A stretch of DNA of 64,000 nt from a virus, in IMG/VR virus record IMGVR_UViG_3300030037_000006, positions 1 through 64,000 of that record; one strand, 5' to 3'. The translations under genes were made by a program, and so were the position numbers. A model generated the notes under the pieces. That model saw only the letters and a list, made by a program, of their open reading frames with translations. It was not told the origin of the DNA and did no database searches. Position 1 is the first letter of the stretch; each line of letters begins with the position of its first letter. Positions 59,841 to 64,000 of the stretch are shown here, one piece after another.

Positions 59841-60887
59841 ATGAATAATTTATTTAACAGCTTTATCCCGAACGAAGAATTTCAGATATATATTAATGCA
59901 TGCAATATTAATATATCCAGATATAAATGTAGATCATGTGAAAATAGTATATTAGACTTAGATTCCACACATAAAATTAGATGTAATCGAAGTAAGATAG
60001 TTCCTGGTGGTACGAGGAAAAATCCCAAACGGGACATTATACCTAATGAAATTGTATTTAACGGCTGGACCCACTGGGAAAAGAAATGGAACAACGGAGT
60101 CTTAGAACCAAAGAAATTCACGGAAGGATTAGAACTATATAGGCATACTTGTTGGAATTGTTTCTTTAAAAAATCTAAATGTAAATACGCCAAGAAGAAG
60201 CAAGTACCTCCACCTAATATACTAGTAGACAATCTACATTTGGTTTATGATATATCCGAGTCAGATTATAATGACATTCGGAATGCTAAATTTGACACAG
60301 CGTCTTTATCATCATTCATAAAACGCCATGGCAAAACTAAAGGAACACGGAAGTACAAAGAATACCAGAAACTCCAAGCATACGCTGGTAATTCACTCGA
60401 GTATTTCCAAGCAAAGTACGGTGATACAAAGGGCATTGAAAAATATTCAGAACTAAATGAAAACAAAACAAAAAACTGGATTGAATCTACTAGTAAGCAT
60501 AGTAAATATGGTAGTAGCTATAGTAAAGTATCGATGGGTTTATTTGAAAAAATTAAATCAGATGAATCTATGTATAAAGATAACGAATTCAAAATAGTTA
60601 ATTCAACTACTGGTAGAAACTATTTTGTTGATTTTTACAACCCATCTACAAAGAAAGTAATCGAATTCAACGGAGACTTTTGGCATGCAAACCCTTCCGT
60701 TGCTAGATATACACCAGATTCTATAGGTGCTCATGGTATGACGTCATCTGAAATTTGGGTTAAGGATAAAATAAGATTAGATGAAATTAAATCGCAAGGA
60801 TATGAAGTTTTAGTAGTATGGGAAAACGAGTATGCAAATGATCCTGTTGGAATTATTAATAAATGTATTAAATATTTAGAAGAATAG
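59841..60887 (+). CDS. free-standing Vsr-like (DUF559-type) homing endonuclease
   Basis: FVDFY...VIEFNGDFWHANP...W.KD..R.....GYEVLVVWE; N-terminal CxxC...CxxC and KxG...G..KY repeats. Confidence 0.85.
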   Translation: MNNLFNSFIPNEEFQIYINACNINISRYKCRSCENSILDLDSTHKIRCNRSKIVPGGTRKNPKRDIIPNEIVFNGWTHWEKKWNNGVLEPKKFTEGLELYRHTCWNCFFKKSKCKYAKKKQVPPPNILVDNLHLVYDISESDYNDIRNAKFDTASLSSFIKRHGKTKGTRKYKEYQKLQAYAGNSLEYFQAKYGDTKGIEKYSELNENKTKNWIESTSKHSKYGSSYSKVSMGLFEKIKSDESMYKDNEFKIVNSTTGRNYFVDFYNPSTKKVIEFNGDFWHANPSVARYTPDSIGAHGMTSSEIWVKDKIRLDEIKSQGYEVLVVWENEYANDPVGIINKCIKYLEE

Positions 60888-60957
60888 GTGTACAAAAATT
60901 GAATATGGATTAGAATCTACTAATCTATATTTTAATATTTTAACTTAGGAGTATTTA

Positions 60958-61320
60958 ATGTCTACATCATCAGGTCAAATGACAGACCCTCAGTTCGGTC
61001 TATTTTTGTTTGAACGTTATATTGCTCGAATGAAAATGAAATATTGGAATAGTAGCAGTTGCAGTTCTCTTATACCCAGTACCTCGCCTCCTAGTATGAA
61101 AGAACTCGATAGTCTATATGAAGCAGCTGGCATTACTTTAAAAGATTGGTTCGTATCATCAGATGATACTACTACTAAGTATTTTGAATTATTAAACAAG
61201 CATTATAACAGTTGCATTGATACGTGGTATGAATCATATGAAATTCATCAACGTAATGTAAATGAATATGTTAAATCTAAATATGAATTTGGAGTAGAAG
61301 CTATGTACGGAGATCTTTAA
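60958..61320 (+). CDS. hypothetical protein, paralog of the next gene
   Basis: TLKDWF...ELLNK...IDTWYESY.IH...EAMYGD vs TFEDWW...ELNK...IDIWYPDY.IH...HSLYGD. Confidence 0.7.
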   Translation: MSTSSGQMTDPQFGLFLFERYIARMKMKYWNSSSCSSLIPSTSPPSMKELDSLYEAAGITLKDWFVSSDDTTTKYFELLNKHYNSCIDTWYESYEIHQRNVNEYVKSKYEFGVEAMYGDL

Positions 61321-61736
61321 TGAGTGTAGAATGGTCATATACATATAACAAAAACTCTGCTAAAGCTTATGCATGTGATTTGATAATGTCTACACCAGGT
61401 CAGACTATTATTAACAATCATCAAGACGTACAAAAATATAAAGATTCTATGACATTTGAAGATTGGTGGAATCCTGGTCATTTCGAGTGGAGTCACCTAT
61501 GGGAGTTAAACAAACAAGAAGCAGCTCATATAGATATTTGGTATCCTGACTATCTAATTCATTGCAGAGAAGATTCAATAACTCCACTTAATAAAATGGT
61601 ATTTGAAGTTCATTCTCTTTATGGAGATTCATCTAGGGATGAGTTAAACTTAACGTATTACGCAGGTAAGACTCCTTATGACAAATCGATAGTTTACTGT
61701 CCATACATTCCAATAACATTATCAGATAAAAAATAA
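61320..61736 (+). CDS. hypothetical protein with a major-capsid-like C-terminal peptide
   Basis: Ends YYAGKTPYDKSIVYCPYIPITLSDKK. Confidence 0.7.
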   Translation: MSVEWSYTYNKNSAKAYACDLIMSTPGQTIINNHQDVQKYKDSMTFEDWWNPGHFEWSHLWELNKQEAAHIDIWYPDYLIHCREDSITPLNKMVFEVHSLYGDSSRDELNLTYYAGKTPYDKSIVYCPYIPITLSDKK

Positions 61737-61806
61737 TTCCATTTAGAGGTGTACGATTGTTTTTAGTGTAGTATCTTATACTATCAATTAAAAAAAGGAC
61801 TGTATC

Positions 61807-62013
61807 ATGGAAGACTATATCAAACAAATAATATTGAAATATACTGATCGTTACAAAGCATCGAATGGTAAGATTGATAATGCGTTTGCTAACGGTAAAA
61901 GAGTTGCTTGGTCACAAGCTATTAACATTCTTATTAACACTGCACCTGATAATCTCAGAGAATCTCTTAATAAATTTGCAGATGAACATTTCGACAAAGA
62001 AGACAATGTCTAA
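61807..62013 (+). CDS. hypothetical protein
   Basis: AAGGA RBS, promoter 61749-61777. Confidence 0.6.
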   Translation: MEDYIKQIILKYTDRYKASNGKIDNAFANGKRVAWSQAINILINTAPDNLRESLNKFADEHFDKEDNV

Positions 62014-62260
62014 GTTATTAATTGGACAAATCAGAGAAACTCCTGAAACTTCAGATCCACCTCCGTTAAATAAAGGGTTTACTTACAAAATAACTAAGCT
62101 CTTACCTAAGTCAGCAGCTGGACATAAAATAAGAGTAGAAATTCTCATAGGCAATCATAACTGGCCCACTGGAAAAACATGGGACTTTGAAAGAATAATT
62201 ATGTACGAAGACAAAGTCATCTCAGAAACTGAATACTTAACCAAAGCTTTATATAAATAA
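62006..62260 (+). CDS. hypothetical protein (84 aa), C-terminal -LYK
   Basis: Likely start MSKLLIG at 62006, overlapping the upstream stop. Confidence 0.55.
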   Translation: MSKLLIGQIRETPETSDPPPLNKGFTYKITKLLPKSAAGHKIRVEILIGNHNWPTGKTWDFERIIMYEDKVISETEYLTKALYK

Positions 62261-62270
62261 AGGGAATATC

Positions 62271-62492
62271 ATGGACACATACGTAACATTTGGATTTGAT
62301 CATAAACATGAAGTTAACGGAGTCGAGCTGGATAATGACACAGTAGCAGTAATTACGTCCAACTCAGCTCAAGAAGGTAGATCCATTGCTTTCAAACTCT
62401 TCGGTACTAAGTTTTGCATGGAATATCCTGAACAACATTGGGATGAATCTAAGATGCACTTCTTTCCTAAAGGTAAAGTGAGGGTCAACTAA
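62271..62492 (+). CDS. small conserved-looking phage protein
   Basis: YVTFG..H.H...R..AF..FG.KFC..Y pattern. Confidence 0.6.
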   Translation: MDTYVTFGFDHKHEVNGVELDNDTVAVITSNSAQEGRSIAFKLFGTKFCMEYPEQHWDESKMHFFPKGKVRVN

Positions 62493-63094
62493 TGGATACA
62501 TACTCATATAAAGGATTTTCTTTTCATAAGATTGATATTCCTGAAGATTTCAAAGTTACTGAGAATTGGGTGTTAGATCATTTCGATATAGAATACAATC
62601 GTACTGTTAGATCCGGTGAATCTAATACTATATGCGCTGATATCAAACATACTATTTGCAATAATATGACATCTACTTTGAATGTTGAAGAGCGTAGAGT
62701 AACACGGAAATATGTCGACGAAGAACTAGGTGACCGTGAACTTCCATTTGATGTATTTAAAGAAAGACTAATAGCTGCAGCTGACGATATCAAAAGTCAA
62801 TGCGAAACACTAGTAAAATCTGATATGGAAACTAGATATCCAGAGTCTTATGGAAGTAAGTTAGTAGTTACATGTAGCGAGTATAATAATGGCGAATACG
62901 AACCTGAAATAGAGTTCACTGCTTACTATAGATTTAAAACCAAAGATAGTAGAGAAAAAACTATTAAGAGAATGGTAAGTTCTTTGAGTAATAAATACGA
63001 TAAGTTTGTTTTATCTAAAGATAAGAAAGCTAACGCTGATAAAGAAGAAATGGAACTCTACTTAAAACTACATAAGAAACATGGACCTAAATGA
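62492..63094 (+). CDS. hypothetical protein
   Basis: 200-aa ORF; ends LYLKLHKKHG. Confidence 0.6.
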   Translation: MDTYSYKGFSFHKIDIPEDFKVTENWVLDHFDIEYNRTVRSGESNTICADIKHTICNNMTSTLNVEERRVTRKYVDEELGDRELPFDVFKERLIAAADDIKSQCETLVKSDMETRYPESYGSKLVVTCSEYNNGEYEPEIEFTAYYRFKTKDSREKTIKRMVSSLSNKYDKFVLSKDKKANADKEEMELYLKLHKKHGPK

Positions 63095-64000
63095 AATCAA
63101 TAGAAGACCTGTCACTTTTTATAGATGATCTGATACGTGACTCAATTTACATGGATGTACCTGGACGTAAGAAAAACGTGGGTACTAGAATCAATTGTAA
63201 ATGTTTCATCTGTGGCGATTCTGCTAAAGATCTTAATAAAACTCGAGGCTGGTTTTATCTAAACAATAATCCCATTAGCTATAGTTGTTTCAACGAAGGT
63301 TGCACAGCAAAAGGTATAAGCCTATTAGCTAAAATGAAAAACATCGAAGTAAAAGAAGCTTATAAGCTAGTAATGTTATATGCTAATAGTGATAGCGATG
63401 TCAATCATATAGTAGAACGAGAAGAGAAACCAAAGCTCGAAGAAATTAAGATCGATAAAATTGACTTCCCTCCGACTTGGAATGACTACACTAAAAATAT
63501 TAATGCAGTTAACTGTCTAAGCTCTAGATTTATACTTGATGCGCCCTTCGGTATTGACAACCAAAAGTATTACTACTGCACAAAAGAAAGACGACTCATA
63601 ATACCTTGGATGTATGCTAGTGAAGTTAAGACTTATCAATCAAGATCTATACTATTAGGAGACAAAGGTCCTAAATACAAATTCAAAAGTAATGCTGAGA
63701 AAATTGTATACGGAATAGAAAAGGAATTCGATCCTGATATTCCTTATGTATTTATTCATGAAGGTGTATTTGATTCTATATTTGTTCCTAACTCTATTGC
63801 TGTTGGAAGTATCATTCCTAATAATGCTCAATGGGATACTATCAGAAATACTTTCTTTAATTATAAGAGTGTACTATTCTTTGACAATCCTTGGAAAGAT
63901 GAGGCTTCAACTAAGTTAGTATTTAAACTTTTACGTAAAGATCCTAAGCAACTTATGTTTCTTTGGCCTAAGAAGCTTGAAAATTTTAAGGATGTGAATG
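63091..64000 (+). CDS. DNA primase (T4 gp61-like), runs off the window end
   Basis: Zn finger NCKCFICGDSAKDLNKTRGW...CFNEGC; RLIIPW, YQSR, TOPRIM HEGVFDS and FFDN. Confidence 0.9.
   Translation, partial: MKSIEDLSLFIDDLIRDSIYMDVPGRKKNVGTRINCKCFICGDSAKDLNKTRGWFYLNNNPISYSCFNEGCTAKGISLLAKMKNIEVKEAYKLVMLYANSDSDVNHIVEREEKPKLEEIKIDKIDFPPTWNDYTKNINAVNCLSSRFILDAPFGIDNQKYYYCTKERRLIIPWMYASEVKTYQSRSILLGDKGPKYKFKSNAEKIVYGIEKEFDPDIPYVFIHEGVFDSIFVPNSIAVGSIIPNNAQWDTIRNTFFNYKSVLFFDNPWKDEASTKLVFKLLRKDPKQLMFLWPKKLENFKDVN

Noticed and set aside
59661-60887. Group I intron or frameshifted contiguous intein interrupting polB
   Set aside because: No downstream polymerase exon or intein C-terminal block follows the nuclease, and the nuclease has its own RBS, promoter and stop

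Overview
AT-rich 64 kb segment of a large T4-like (myovirus-type, probably jumbo) bacteriophage read in the standard genetic code. The left ~35 kb is mostly minus-strand. It carries small accessory genes behind sigma70-type promoters (TTGTAC-N17-TAnnnT), two HIGH-type nucleotidyltransferases, a cluster of 11 tRNAs mixed with tRNA-like and other structured RNAs next to a GIY-YIG endonuclease, tail sheath, neck protein and an LRR protein. The right ~29 kb is mostly plus-strand core: terminase, gp3, RNase H, gp62, gp15, portal, prohead protease, scaffold, major capsid, late sigma gp55, gp47/gp46, GroES/GroEL, family B DNA polymerase and primase. Late genes share a GATAAATA promoter box. Main observations: (1) nine unrelated late proteins, including an Acb1-like 2H phosphoesterase and a PRTase, share an N-terminal leader MSKFxKLYES, a probable capsid-targeting signal; (2) a separate set of 8-9 unrelated proteins, mostly in early-type operons, ends in [LIMV]-Y-[SAK]; (3) the DNA polymerase stops just after YGDTD in a 37-aa Ser-initiated split-intein N-fragment, followed by a free-standing Vsr-like endonuclease, with no C-half in the window; (4) a six-copy TGAC-hairpin(GAAAGA) RNA motif punctuates a set of stem-closed ncRNAs and tRNAs. 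All assignments come from motif recognition by eye; no database searches were run.
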